A stretch of 64,000 nucleotides of DNA. Source: Patescibacteria group bacterium. Its GTDB lineage: Bacteria > Patescibacteriota > Minisyncoccia > Phycocordibacterales > JACZSL01. The translations under genes were made by a program, and so were the position numbers. Location of the stretch: NCBI GenBank assembly GCA_022574205.1, contig JACZSL010000001.1, positions 5,447 to 69,446 of the forward strand. The letters run 5' to 3'. Below are positions 27,191-37,784 of this stretch, in pieces (positions within the stretch are counted from its first letter, which is position 1; each line of letters opens with the position of its first letter). The notes under the pieces were generated by a model. The model was not told the DNA's origin, ran no database searches, and saw nothing but the letters and a program-made list of their open reading frames with translations.

Positions 27191-28284
27191 GGCGCACAAC
27201 TATTGACAGGCCATTTCTTGTCATGGTGGTCACTCTTGTGGTACTTGGTTTTTTTATATTTACAAGCGCGTCGCTAGGGCTACTCGCGCGTGATGGAGCA
27301 AGTTTTTCGTCTGTTGCGTTTAGTCAAATTTTTCTCGGCATAGTTCTTGGTACAATAGCGCTCCTAATAAATACGAGAATACATTACTCTTTTTTTAGGA
27401 GGTACTCACTTTTTATCTTTCTACTATCCATTGCTACAACACTCCTTGTCTTTGTCCCTGATCTAGGAGTAGAGATTAATGGTGCGCGCAGATGGGTTGA
27501 TATAGGGCTTGTTTCATTTCAACCAGCTGAATTTTTGAAAATTGGTTTTGTAATATATTTTGCCGCATGGCTTTCGCGTGTCCGCGATAAGATGCACTCT
27601 TTCTCGTATAGTGTTGTTCCTTTTGTTATTCTATTGGGATTTGTTGGGGCAATTCTATTAGCACAGCCGGATACTGGTACTTTTATTGTTATTGTATCAA
27701 CTGGATTTGTTATGTTTTTGGTTGGTGGAGCTAAATGGCGGCACGTGGCAGCTGTTGTCGGCCTTTCAGTTATTAGTGCTGCCACACTCGCACTTACCCG
27801 ACCGTATGTAATGGAGAGGGTGCTGGCCTTTCTTGACCCTTCGAAAGATCCATTGGGCTCAAGCTATCAGATACAACAATCACTCATCGCTATAGGCTCG
27901 GGAGGCCTGTTCGGTAGAGGTTTTGGACAAAGTATCCAAAAGTTTAACTTCCTTCCTGAGCCCGCGAGTGACTCTATTTTTGCCGTTATTGGTGAAGAAT
28001 TTGGCTTTGTTGGGGCTGTTATATTAATCAGTCTTTTTCTTGCGCTGGCGTTGCGTGGCCTTAAAATTGCTTCACGTGCGCCGGATTATTTTAGTGGACT
28101 GCTAGTTGTCGGTATTGTTATACTTATTACGTCGCAATCGTTTATAAACATTGCATCAATGCTCGGTATTTTCCCACTCATTGGACTACCGCTCTTGTTC
28201 GTGAGCCATGGTGGAACTGCTTTTCTGTTTGTACTGTTTGAGGTAGGAATCGTTCTTGGTATTTCGCGGTATATGAAGCGCTAG
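27187..28284 (+). CDS. ftsW: SEDS family lipid II flippase/peptidoglycan polymerase FtsW/RodA
   Basis: About 10 TM segments. SEDS family assigned from size, about 10 TM segments, and position between mraY and murG. Confidence 0.75.
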   Translation: MRRTTIDRPFLVMVVTLVVLGFFIFTSASLGLLARDGASFSSVAFSQIFLGIVLGTIALLINTRIHYSFFRRYSLFIFLLSIATTLLVFVPDLGVEINGARRWVDIGLVSFQPAEFLKIGFVIYFAAWLSRVRDKMHSFSYSVVPFVILLGFVGAILLAQPDTGTFIVIVSTGFVMFLVGGAKWRHVAAVVGLSVISAATLALTRPYVMERVLAFLDPSKDPLGSSYQIQQSLIAIGSGGLFGRGFGQSIQKFNFLPEPASDSIFAVIGEEFGFVGAVILISLFLALALRGLKIASRAPDYFSGLLVVGIVILITSQSFINIASMLGIFPLIGLPLLFVSHGGTAFLFVLFEVGIVLGISRYMKR

Positions 28285-28438
28285 CGCGCAAGTCGAAAGT
28301 ATAAAGTACTGGGTATTATGTTGTGGTATGAGACCTGTCTAGGCAGAAATTATGAATAGGCTAAATTATGCATAAACGTAAAGATGACAAGATGAACGTA
28401 TTATTATGTTCATATTATAAGAATAGTTTTCCAATGGG

Positions 28439-29569
28439 ATGAAAATTCTATTTACTGGAGGTGGCACTGGCGGACATTTTTATCCAATTATCGCAGTTGC
28501 TGAGGAGGTGAACGCTATTGCAAGTGAAAAAAAACTTTTAGTTCCCAAGCTTTATTTCATTTCACCAAACCCATTTGACTCAGATTTGCTGTTTAAAAAT
28601 AATATAATTTTTAAGAAAAGTCCTGCCGGAAAAATACGTACATACTTTTCAATTTTAAATTTCTTTGACCTCTTCAAAACAGCATTTGGTTCTATAAAAA
28701 CTGCATTTCAGATATTTTTTATTTACCCGGATGTTATTTTCTGTAAAGGTGGTTACGGATCATTTCCAACAGTACTCGCTTCAAGGCTTTTCAAAATCCC
28801 ACTCGTTGTTCATGAGTCCGATACTGTGCCGGGACGTGTTAATGTGTGGGCTGGAAAATATGCCCGAAAAGTCGCTGTGTCTTTCCCTGAAGCGGCAAAG
28901 TATTTTCCGGAAGACAAAGTTGCCTTAACGGGAGTTCCAATTCGGCGTGAACTTCATACTGTTGCTACTGAGGGTGCTGTTGAGTTTCTTGGACTTGAGG
29001 ACAATGTTCCAGTTGTCCTTATTCTCGGTGGCTCTCAGGGCTCTAAAGTGATTAATGAAATTATCTTAGACGCACTTCCTCAACTTGTAGGAGATTTTCA
29101 GATCATACATCAGGTTGGAAAAGGGAATATTGAAGACGTAAAAAATACAGCTCTCATTGTGCTTGAAGGTAATGAAAATTCCTCTAGGTATCGACCATTC
29201 GATTATTTAAATGCACTTGCGCTCCGCATGGCTGCAGGTGCGGCGGATATTATTGTTTCGCGTGCTGGTGCAAGCGCAATCTTTGAAATAGCCCTGTGGG
29301 GTATTCCAAGTATAATAATTCCTATAAAAGAAGAAGTTTCAAGGGATCAAAGATCAAATGCATTTTCATATGCCAGGAGCGGGGCGGCGGTCGTAGTTGA
29401 AGAAGAAAATCTATCTGTAAGTATTATTGTGTCAGAGATTAGAAGAATTGTTAACAATGCTGAGGTCAGGGAGAGAATGGGGAAATGTGCAAAGCAGTTT
29501 GCCAAAGCTGATGCTGCAAAAAAGATTGCCACAGTACTTATTGATATAGCCTTGGAACATGAGCGATAG
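28439..29569 (+). CDS. murG: UDP-GlcNAc:undecaprenyl-PP-MurNAc-pentapeptide GlcNAc transferase
   Basis: N-terminus GGGTGGHFYPIIAVAEE; GT28 C-terminal domain. Confidence 0.8.
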   Translation: MKILFTGGGTGGHFYPIIAVAEEVNAIASEKKLLVPKLYFISPNPFDSDLLFKNNIIFKKSPAGKIRTYFSILNFFDLFKTAFGSIKTAFQIFFIYPDVIFCKGGYGSFPTVLASRLFKIPLVVHESDTVPGRVNVWAGKYARKVAVSFPEAAKYFPEDKVALTGVPIRRELHTVATEGAVEFLGLEDNVPVVLILGGSQGSKVINEIILDALPQLVGDFQIIHQVGKGNIEDVKNTALIVLEGNENSSRYRPFDYLNALALRMAAGAADIIVSRAGASAIFEIALWGIPSIIIPIKEEVSRDQRSNAFSYARSGAAVVVEEENLSVSIIVSEIRRIVNNAEVRERMGKCAKQFAKADAAKKIATVLIDIALEHER

Positions 29570-30932
29570 CAGGATGAATGAGCACATTCCAAAAAAAGGA
29601 CCTGTGGTCACACGTATTGCACCTAGCCCTACGGGGGTACTCCACGTTGGTACGCTTCGAACTGCTTTATTTAATTATTTATACGCTAAAAAATATGGCG
29701 GGAAATTTTTACTACGTATCGAAGATACTGATAAAGGGCGCTCTACAAAAGCGTTTGAACAGGATATTCTGGAGGGTTTAGAGTGGGCCGGATTAAAATT
29801 TGACGGCAAAATAATTCGGCAATCGCAAAGGAATGATATTTATGCTAAATACATAAAAAAACTTATTGATGATGGTAATGCTTATATATCAAAAGAATCA
29901 AAGAAAAATCACCCCAAAGAGAGGATTGAAGTTGTTAGACTTAAGAATCCAAATAAGAAAATAACATTCATTGATTTAGTTCGTGGAGATATAACATTTG
30001 ACACTACAGAACTAAAGGACTTTGTGATTGCTAGAAGTGTAACCGAACCACTGTATCATCTTGCAGTTGTTATTGATGATCATGACATGAATGTAACACA
30101 TGTAATACGTGGGGAAGATCACATTTCTAACACTCCGAGACAAATTTTAATACACGAAGCACTCGGGTTTAAAATACCGAAATACGGACATCTTCCGTTA
30201 ATACTAAATGAAAATAGATCGAAACTTTCCAAGCGGGATGATGCAGCGTCCGTAACTTCATATAAAGATAAGTATCTGCCAGAGGCACTTATTAATTATT
30301 TAGCTCTTCTAGGTTGGAATCCAGGAACAGACCAAGAGATATTTTCACTTTTAGAGCTTATTGAGGCTTTTGAGATTTCAGATGTACAGAGGGGTGGGGC
30401 AATCTTTAATGAAGAAAAACTAAAATCAATAAACCATGAGTATATAAAGAAATTATCCGAAAAGATTTGGAATAAGATCGTTCTGGAAAATCTGCCAAAG
30501 ATAATTACTTCACACAAGTCTTTCGACAATACATTACTTCAAAATATTGCAGGCCAACTTAAGGAACGAGTAAAAACGTTTGAAGAAATACGTAAGTTAA
30601 GCAAGAGTGGGGAACTTAATTTTTATGTGAGGGCGCCCGAATACAATTCTTCTGACCTTGTACCAAAACGTGATTCGGATAGTTCAATAAAACAACACCT
30701 TGAAACACTTATTTTGCTTTTAGGGAAGATTTCTGAAGATAAATTTACAGAAATTAATATCAAAGAAGCTGTTTGGGATTACGCAGAGAAAGAAGGGAAA
30801 GGTTCGATACTTTGGCCAATGCGATTTGCTCTGACAGGGCTGGAAAAATCTCCTGATCCGTTTACTGTTTCCGGAATATTAGGTAAAAGCACGACCCTGG
30901 AAAGGCTGAAAAGCGCCTATCAATCACTTTGA
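29559..30932 (+). CDS. gltX: glutamyl-tRNA synthetase
   Basis: Motifs TRIAPSPTGVLHVGT (HIGH-like) and KLSKR (KMSKS). Confidence 0.85.
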   Translation: MSDSRMNEHIPKKGPVVTRIAPSPTGVLHVGTLRTALFNYLYAKKYGGKFLLRIEDTDKGRSTKAFEQDILEGLEWAGLKFDGKIIRQSQRNDIYAKYIKKLIDDGNAYISKESKKNHPKERIEVVRLKNPNKKITFIDLVRGDITFDTTELKDFVIARSVTEPLYHLAVVIDDHDMNVTHVIRGEDHISNTPRQILIHEALGFKIPKYGHLPLILNENRSKLSKRDDAASVTSYKDKYLPEALINYLALLGWNPGTDQEIFSLLELIEAFEISDVQRGGAIFNEEKLKSINHEYIKKLSEKIWNKIVLENLPKIITSHKSFDNTLLQNIAGQLKERVKTFEEIRKLSKSGELNFYVRAPEYNSSDLVPKRDSDSSIKQHLETLILLLGKISEDKFTEINIKEAVWDYAEKEGKGSILWPMRFALTGLEKSPDPFTVSGILGKSTTLERLKSAYQSL

Positions 30933-30936
30933 AATT

Positions 30937-32232
30937 ATGAAATTAGTTAGAAAAATATGCGTTCATGCACTAGTTATATTATTTGTGGTATTTATAACAT
31001 TTGTTGATGAGGTTGAATCGGCTTTAATTGATGATTTACGATCTCAAATAAGTGACCGGGCAACTAGAATAGAGCTGATTGAGCAGGAAATCACCCAATA
31101 CCAAAATGAGCTTACACGAGTGGGGAAAGACAAAAGAACGCTACAAAACGCTGTACGAACTCTTAATCTTTCTAAGAAAAAACTTGAGGCGGATATAAGA
31201 GTTACACAAAACCGGATTAGTGCCACCACTTACCAAGTAGAGGAGCTTGCTATACAGATATTTGATCACGAGCGTCAGATAAGTACCCATTCCAAAGCCC
31301 TTGCTGAAAGTATACGACGTATAGACGCGGCTGAGTCGAACACTTTTATTGAGTCGCTTTTGGCAAAGTCTGATTTCTCGGAGATATGGGAAGATGTTGA
31401 AGATACTGAACGTTTTCAGGCTCAATTGCGGCAAAATCTTGAAGAGTTAAAGGCGATAAAGAGCAACCTCGAGATCTCCAGAGATAGTAGAAAAAAGAAA
31501 CGGAGGGAGCTCGTTAATTACGAATACGAGCTTGATAATCAAAAAACTGTGGTTTTGATAAATAAAAGAGAGAAAGATACATTGCTGACACAAACAAAAA
31601 ATCAGGAGTCGAATTATCAAAAACTACTTAATGAAAAAGTTGCTGCAAGAAAAGAATTTGAGCGTGAACTTTTGGATTTTGAAGCACGACTTCAAATCAT
31701 CATTGATCCAAACAGTATACCTAGTCCCAAAAACGGTATACTCTCATGGCCGCTTGATAAAATCACCGTGACACAATATTTCGGGGACACAGCGTTTGCC
31801 AAGAGCGGTGCGTACAACGGTAGGGGACACAATGGAGTTGATTTTCGAGCGTCGCCCGGAACCACGGTGCGATCACCGCTTTCCGGAACAGTAACTGCAA
31901 CCGGAGATACTGATATATATGCCGGCTGTTACTCCTATGGAAAATGGGTGCTTATAAAACATAACAACGGTTTATCAAGTTTGTATGCGCACCTATCATT
32001 AGTTAGCGTTAATACTGGAAGTCAAGTATTGTCTGGTCAGGCGATAGGCTATAGTGGCAATACTGGTTATTCTACCGGACCACACCTTCATATGGGACTT
32101 TTCGCTTCTCAAGGTGTTAGACTTGTAAAATTTAAAGATATTAAAAGCAACACGAATTGTGCTGAAGCAACGGTTCCGGTAGCGCCACATGCGGCTTACT
32201 TGAATCCGCTGTCGTATCTTCCAAAAATTTAA
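30937..32232 (+). CDS. M23 family peptidase with N-terminal coiled coil (EnvC-like)
   Basis: Motifs HNGVDF and GPHLHM; long coiled-coil region. Confidence 0.75.
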   Translation: MKLVRKICVHALVILFVVFITFVDEVESALIDDLRSQISDRATRIELIEQEITQYQNELTRVGKDKRTLQNAVRTLNLSKKKLEADIRVTQNRISATTYQVEELAIQIFDHERQISTHSKALAESIRRIDAAESNTFIESLLAKSDFSEIWEDVEDTERFQAQLRQNLEELKAIKSNLEISRDSRKKKRRELVNYEYELDNQKTVVLINKREKDTLLTQTKNQESNYQKLLNEKVAARKEFERELLDFEARLQIIIDPNSIPSPKNGILSWPLDKITVTQYFGDTAFAKSGAYNGRGHNGVDFRASPGTTVRSPLSGTVTATGDTDIYAGCYSYGKWVLIKHNNGLSSLYAHLSLVSVNTGSQVLSGQAIGYSGNTGYSTGPHLHMGLFASQGVRLVKFKDIKSNTNCAEATVPVAPHAAYLNPLSYLPKI

Positions 32233-32255
32233 TAGCTATAATAAGTAGAAACAAT

Positions 32256-32507
32256 ATGGAAAATAAACTGACTCCGCAAAGAGAGCTAAAAATTAATGTT
32301 CCGACAGGGCATGTTCCTGTGTACGCAAACTCTGTACAAATCAGTGTGTCAAATGAAGAGGTAACGTTACAATTTCTGTTCGTGCGTCCAAACACAGACC
32401 ATGGACTGCTTGTCTCAGAGGTTGTCATAACACCTAATCATGCGATGAAGCTCCAAAAAGCACTTGACGAAACAGTCAAGAAACACTTTACAAAGCACAT
32501 AAAATAG
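32256..32507 (+). CDS. DUF3467-like small protein
   Basis: The N-terminal segment LKINVPTGHVPVYANSVQISVSNEEVTLQF resembles DUF3467. Confidence 0.45.
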   Translation: MENKLTPQRELKINVPTGHVPVYANSVQISVSNEEVTLQFLFVRPNTDHGLLVSEVVITPNHAMKLQKALDETVKKHFTKHIK

Positions 32508-32641
32508 CTTACCTAAGCCATATATAAGCCATTTTTCATAAACACTTTTGCACGTACTTACTTACGTCTGTTAAATGTTATGTGGTAAAATGTAAGTGAG
32601 TCGATCATCTCATTATTATTGGCGCTTTTTAACACATATGT

Positions 32642-32899
32642 ATGAGCAATAAAAAAATACACATGCTTACATTCCTTCTCCTTGTAGTTGGGGGTCTTAA
32701 TTGGCTTCTTTTCGGGCTTTTTGAGTGGGAGATTGGAGAGATTTTTGGTGGCTCTGACAGCGTCATTTCTAGGATAATTTATATCCTTATTGGACTTGCC
32801 GCTGTGTACGAACTGCTTACACACAAGAACAACTGTAAGACATGCGCAACTCCAAACGGCCCTGGGACAGCTAGTTCGCCAACGAGCGATTTTAGGTAG
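32642..32899 (+). CDS. DUF378-like small membrane protein
   Basis: Segments LLVVGGLNWLLFGLF and YILIGLAAVYEL fit the DUF378 pattern. Confidence 0.5.
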   Translation: MSNKKIHMLTFLLLVVGGLNWLLFGLFEWEIGEIFGGSDSVISRIIYILIGLAAVYELLTHKNNCKTCATPNGPGTASSPTSDFR

Positions 32900-32961
32900 T
32901 ATACCCAAATACAAAAAACCACCTAGAAGTAGGAGGTTTTTGTATTTGAGGGTTGGAAAAT

Positions 32962-34761
32962 TTATATTTCCAATGTAACAAATGTTTGCTCAGTGGATGA
33001 AGCTGTGTTTGAGAGTAGATCGCTTGAGATAACGATATAATAATATGTCGTACTTGCGGTCAGACCAAAGATGGAGAGTGAGTGATTAACTGTAAGTGTT
33101 GCATCTGAATTAAATAATGCTTCCTCGAGTACAATTGGTGTAGTAGTTCCATACCACAGAGTGCTGTCTGCATCTTCGTCAGTGTCCCATGTAATTGTAG
33201 CTTCAGTCGTTGTTGCGTTCGCCACAATGTTTGAAAGCACTGGTGCAGTTTCATCTACTGGTTCAGGTTCTGCCAATGTTGTTTCAAATGAGTTCTCTGT
33301 GCTCGTTGCGGTATTTCCAGATTCATCAGCAGATACAACAAGGTAATAATAGGTTGTACTTGCAGTCAGGCTAAAGATTGAGAGCGAATGACTCTGTGTA
33401 AGTGTCACGTCTTCAACTGTATTTGCCGAATTGGGGTCAACAGGGGCTGTCGTGCTATAAAATACTGTGCTGTCTGCATCTTCGTCAGTGTCCCATGTAA
33501 TTGTAGCTTCAGTCGTTGTTGCGTTCGCCACAATGTTTGAAAGCACTGGTGCAGTTTCGTCATCAACCTCTCCAGCATCGTCGTTTTCATCATCCTCATC
33601 ACACTTTCCTAACTTGTCCCCGTGGAAAATATGTGCCCATCGTGCATTTTTAGAGATTTGTATCGTATTCTCGCCTTTGTGGCACATGTAAACTTTTTTA
33701 CTTTTCTTTCCATTGTTATCTTTGTCGTCGTTGTCGTCTCCATTATCGTCATTATTATTATCATCATCATCATCAACATCATTCTTTTTTCCACCAAAGC
33801 TAAACTTGAACTTGAATCCTCCATCATCGTCTATTTTCAAGGTTGATTTCGAGTCGGCATTACTTAGTGTCACGCGTTGTTTTGTGCTCCCATTGCCGTC
33901 GGTTTCTTTGGTAAAGTTAAACTTTATTTTAAGTTCTTTTGAAGACGCGTGTATTTTTATTTTTACGGCATCATTTCCGTCGTCGTTAATGGTTACTGAA
34001 ACACGATCAAGTTTTGCGATGTGATTCTCTGCAAGATCAACGAGCTCGTCAATAAATGAATTAACTGCAGCCACACCAGACGCATTACCTTGGGAGGCGA
34101 ATACTGCTTTGGCTTCTTCAAGTTGTGCAAGAGCAAAAAGAAGAGCGTCCTGTACAGTATTCACATCAAAATCAAAGTTGCTTAGAAATTCTTCCTCAAG
34201 CAAATCAACACCATTGTCATTAGTACTTGTTGTAGTGCTTGCATTATTGTCCGAGCTATTCGATGTTGAGATTGTTGTGGTTTCGTTGGACTCGTTTTGA
34301 GTTGACGTACCATGGATGGTGCTAAAATTTATTTCAACGCTTTCGGCCAGCGCAAGTATTGCTTTTACCTCATCGATACGTTCTTCCGCAAACCGGAGGC
34401 GAAAAGAGTCTTCAGTGTCACCAAAAGTAATTGTGAGAAGGATTTTTTCTGCCGCTATGTCAAAAGGGAAGAAAAAATCACCAGGTTGTGAGTGATCAGC
34501 AAAAACCGCTGTGGTGGAAACTGATCCAACAAGAAACGCTAAAATGAGGGCGGGTATAAAAACATACCTGGAATAATTAAAAGTAGAGAACATATACCAA
34601 AATGATCCCTGAAGACGTGCTTTGTCTTTTGCTGTTACCGTTTCCGCACTTACATCAGGCTGTATATTCCTTTCAACACGTGACCAGAGAATTTTTTTCT
34701 CATTTTCTGTAAGACGTTTTGGTTCCATATGTTCTAAAATATCTTCAAACTTTGGCTTCAT
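32962..34761 (-). CDS. anti-sigma factor-like membrane protein with DN-rich linker and two fibronectin type III repeats
   Basis: Lies directly downstream of the ECF sigma gene. It has one TM and two near-identical FN3 units (ETAPVLSNIVANATTTEATITWDTDEDADST). Confidence 0.55.
   Translation of the reverse strand: MKPKFEDILEHMEPKRLTENEKKILWSRVERNIQPDVSAETVTAKDKARLQGSFWYMFSTFNYSRYVFIPALILAFLVGSVSTTAVFADHSQPGDFFFPFDIAAEKILLTITFGDTEDSFRLRFAEERIDEVKAILALAESVEINFSTIHGTSTQNESNETTTISTSNSSDNNASTTTSTNDNGVDLLEEEFLSNFDFDVNTVQDALLFALAQLEEAKAVFASQGNASGVAAVNSFIDELVDLAENHIAKLDRVSVTINDDGNDAVKIKIHASSKELKIKFNFTKETDGNGSTKQRVTLSNADSKSTLKIDDDGGFKFKFSFGGKKNDVDDDDDNNNDDNGDDNDDKDNNGKKSKKVYMCHKGENTIQISKNARWAHIFHGDKLGKCDEDDENDDAGEVDDETAPVLSNIVANATTTEATITWDTDEDADSTVFYSTTAPVDPNSANTVEDVTLTQSHSLSIFSLTASTTYYYLVVSADESGNTATSTENSFETTLAEPEPVDETAPVLSNIVANATTTEATITWDTDEDADSTLWYGTTTPIVLEEALFNSDATLTVNHSLSIFGLTASTTYYYIVISSDLLSNTASSTEQTFVTLEI
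33060..33600 (-). repeat. approx. 306-bp tandem duplication (FN3 units) with a 95-bp perfectly identical core
   Basis: Segment 33161-33255 is identical to 33467-33561. Confidence 0.8.
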
Positions 34762-34769
34762 AAAATAAT

Positions 34770-35303
34770 CTATAATAAAGCGGATAAATTACCTCGTAAT
34801 AATCTTATTGCCCTGTGGTGCCACACTTTGGCCGTCCCTTCTCTTATGTTCATAAAATCTGCAATTTCGCTATATGTAAGCGCTGACCAATAACGAAGTC
34901 GTAGGAGTTCTTGATAGTTCTTCGGAAGTTTTTTCATATTTTTTTCTAAATATCGATAATCCTCGACTTCAACTTCAAAGCTTTCAGTTATGTGGTGTTC
35001 TTCAAGCTCCACAGATAAAGTTGTTTTTTTGTAATAACTGTAAATGCGGCGCTTTAAAATAATGAACACAAAACCGTAAAACTCTCCTTCACTGCTATAG
35101 GTAAATCCATCCAGTGCTTTCCAAAGTTCTATAAAAGTTTCTTGTACAATGTCGAGCGCATCATCCCGTGATTTTGAACGTGATAATGCGTACCTAAAAA
35201 GCCTGTCACTCAACAGTTCAAATATCGCTTGAAAAGCCCGCGCGTCTCTATTTTTGGTCTTTTCAATCAGTTTTTGGAGTTCCGTAGGGTATATTTCATC
35301 CAC
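34770..35303 (-). CDS. ECF (sigma-70 family) RNA polymerase sigma factor
   Basis: Region 2 FIELWKAL and region 4 YSEIADFMNIREGTAKVWHHRA. Confidence 0.8.
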   Translation of the reverse strand: MDEIYPTELQKLIEKTKNRDARAFQAIFELLSDRLFRYALSRSKSRDDALDIVQETFIELWKALDGFTYSSEGEFYGFVFIILKRRIYSYYKKTTLSVELEEHHITESFEVEVEDYRYLEKNMKKLPKNYQELLRLRYWSALTYSEIADFMNIREGTAKVWHHRAIRLLRGNLSALL

Positions 35304-35421
35304 GTTACGTAATCACATCCCTCACTAACACTATGCAACCTTACGCTAAAAAAGTTACAATGCAAGTCCAGTTCCAGGAAAGTGAGTTATAATACAGCTA
35401 TAATTGCTATACTAATGGAAA

Positions 35422-36024
35422 ATGGGGAATTTGAGTAAACAACAGAAAATAGTGGATTTTTGGTTTGGAGAGCTTTTTGCCGACGGCTTAGCGGAGAAGA
35501 AAATAAGTAAACGTTGGTATAAAAATGATCCGAATTTTGATAAGTTAATGCGCGAAAATTTTGAAAATGATATTGAGATGGCCAAGAAAGGGAAGTACGG
35601 AAAATGGAAAGAAACTACTTTGGGTTCACTTACTTTAATTTTACTGTGTGACCAGTTTACACGAAATATTTATCGTGATACTGAAAAAATGTTTTCTTGC
35701 GACGAAATCGCGCGGGTGGTTGCACAAGAAGCAATTGAAAAGGGGTTTGACAGGGAACTTCCGATGGCACAAAGACAGTTTATCTATATGCCATTTATGC
35801 ACGCAGAGAGCAACGAGCTCCAGGAAAAATCTGTTGAATTATTTCAAAGATTACGGGTGGAAGTTGTTGAACATGTTAAGGAATATGTCCCTGTAAAATA
35901 TGCTAAAGCACATCAGGAGATTATTCGTAAATTCGGTCGCTTTCCACAGAGAAATAAAATTCTTGGACGTACCTCAACAAGTGACGAGATAGAATTTCTG
36001 AAAGGTCCAAATTCTAACTTCTAA
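35422..36024 (+). CDS. DUF924 family protein
   Basis: Signature DQFTRNIYR. Confidence 0.6.
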   Translation: MGNLSKQQKIVDFWFGELFADGLAEKKISKRWYKNDPNFDKLMRENFENDIEMAKKGKYGKWKETTLGSLTLILLCDQFTRNIYRDTEKMFSCDEIARVVAQEAIEKGFDRELPMAQRQFIYMPFMHAESNELQEKSVELFQRLRVEVVEHVKEYVPVKYAKAHQEIIRKFGRFPQRNKILGRTSTSDEIEFLKGPNSNF

Positions 36025-36154
36025 CCGAAGAATCTTATCCTTTTAAACATATAAGGTAATATTGGGTGCCTAGGCATAAATAAGCCCATACAGGGCAATT
36101 TTGGGCTCTATATATAAGCTGGGTGCCAGTGTATGCACCATGTAAAATGAATAA

Positions 36155-37204
36155 ATGTGTGGAAAAGTTCTCCTCATGTTGTTCGTTTTACATATATTGT
36201 GCGAACCAGTTCTATGTTATTATGTATGTATGAAAAGCGACAAACCCATGCGTAAATACATACTCCCCTTTCTTGAATACTGCGAAGTTGAGAAAGGGCT
36301 TTCAAATAATACGCAACGCAATTACCAACAATATCTTAAGCTGTTTACTGTATGGTTAAAGCATATTCGGGAAGAAAATTTACTTCCCCATAAACTAACG
36401 CCTGATCATATATGGAATTATCGCCTTTATTTGGCACGTACTCATAAGAGCCCTACTGGAAAACTTTTAGCTAAAAAGTCCCAAAATTATTACTTAATAG
36501 CGTTACGTGTTTTTTTAGATTTTTTGGCGGACAGAGACATTGAATCCCTACCCTCCTCGAAAGTAAAGCTTGCGAAACAGAAAACTACCGAGAGTATTTC
36601 TTTCTTGGAAGTTCGTGATGTTGAAAAAATGTTAGCAGTTCCTGATATTGATACTTCAGGCGGCCTGCGGGATAGAACAATTATTGAGCTTTTCTTTTCA
36701 TCCGGTATGCGTATTTCTGAATTGATTGCCCTTAACGTAGATCAAATGTCATTTCTCGACGACAAAAAAACAGATAGGACATATGAGCTGTCTATCGTTG
36801 GAAAGGGCTCATATGTTCGAACTATTTTCATTTCTCCAAGAGCAGCTAAATTCCTTAGGAAATATATCCTCTTGCGGCACAATGACATGTATAAACCTCT
36901 GTTTATAAATTTTCGTTCAAAAAGCGCTGACTCAAAACGACTTTCATCTAGATATATACAAAAAATGATCTCGAAGTCTGCCCTCTTAGCGGGTCTTTCA
37001 AAAAGAGTAACTCCTCACACCCTACGACACACATACGCAACCGATTTACTTTCCCACGGAGCTGATCTTAGGAGCGTACAAGAGCTTCTGGGACATAAAA
37101 ATGTTTCTACTACGCAGGTTTACACACACGTTACAAACAAGCAGCTTCGAGATATCCATGAAAAATTTCACGGTGGAGGTGATATTAAGGACAAGAGCCT
37201 TTAA
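36155..37204 (+). CDS. xerC: tyrosine site-specific recombinase XerC/XerD-like (alternative start about 36230)
   Basis: C-terminal HTLRHTYATDLL..GADLRSVQELLGHKNVSTTQVYTHV with catalytic R, H, R and Y. Confidence 0.8.
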   Translation: MCGKVLLMLFVLHILCEPVLCYYVCMKSDKPMRKYILPFLEYCEVEKGLSNNTQRNYQQYLKLFTVWLKHIREENLLPHKLTPDHIWNYRLYLARTHKSPTGKLLAKKSQNYYLIALRVFLDFLADRDIESLPSSKVKLAKQKTTESISFLEVRDVEKMLAVPDIDTSGGLRDRTIIELFFSSGMRISELIALNVDQMSFLDDKKTDRTYELSIVGKGSYVRTIFISPRAAKFLRKYILLRHNDMYKPLFINFRSKSADSKRLSSRYIQKMISKSALLAGLSKRVTPHTLRHTYATDLLSHGADLRSVQELLGHKNVSTTQVYTHVTNKQLRDIHEKFHGGGDIKDKSL

Positions 37205-37307
37205 GGTATATAAATCCGCTACTTACAAATCTTCTTTCTCTCCCCTTCCGTATTTGCTACAATCTAGTTGTATTTATTAATAACTATTAGTATTTGAGTA
37301 TAGAAAC

Positions 37308-37730
37308 ATGATGAAATCTTGCATGTGGGTGCAGCCATTGGGGCGCATCTTTCTTTCGACAATATTTATTGTTTCGGGACTTGGTAAAGCCTTCAATTTT
37401 GGAGGAACAGTCACTTTCATGGATTCCGTTGGTGTACCGTTTGCGGGCATTGCGCTTATATTGGCTCTGATTCTAGAAATAGGTGGAGGATTAGCTTTGC
37501 TTTTAGGATGGAGGGTACGATATGCCGCATATGCACTTATAGGTTTTAGTGTGCTTGCAACATTATTTTTTCACCTCGACTTTAGCCAGCAAGCAAATCA
37601 AGTTGCGTTCTTCAAGAACATTGGCCTTGCTGGTGGTCTTATGTACGTCATAATGTTTGGCGCCGGAAAATGGAGTATTGATAATAAAAATGACAACTCT
37701 TCCGAGTCGCCTCAGAATTCTGTGGCGTAG
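37308..37730 (+). CDS. DoxX family membrane protein
   Basis: Four TM helices; IFLSTIFIVSGLGK is DoxX-like. Confidence 0.65.
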   Translation: MMKSCMWVQPLGRIFLSTIFIVSGLGKAFNFGGTVTFMDSVGVPFAGIALILALILEIGGGLALLLGWRVRYAAYALIGFSVLATLFFHLDFSQQANQVAFFKNIGLAGGLMYVIMFGAGKWSIDNKNDNSSESPQNSVA

Positions 37731-37784
37731 CGGTCAAGAAAAATTATTCTAAATCAAAAACCCGTCACAATACGGGTTTTTGAT

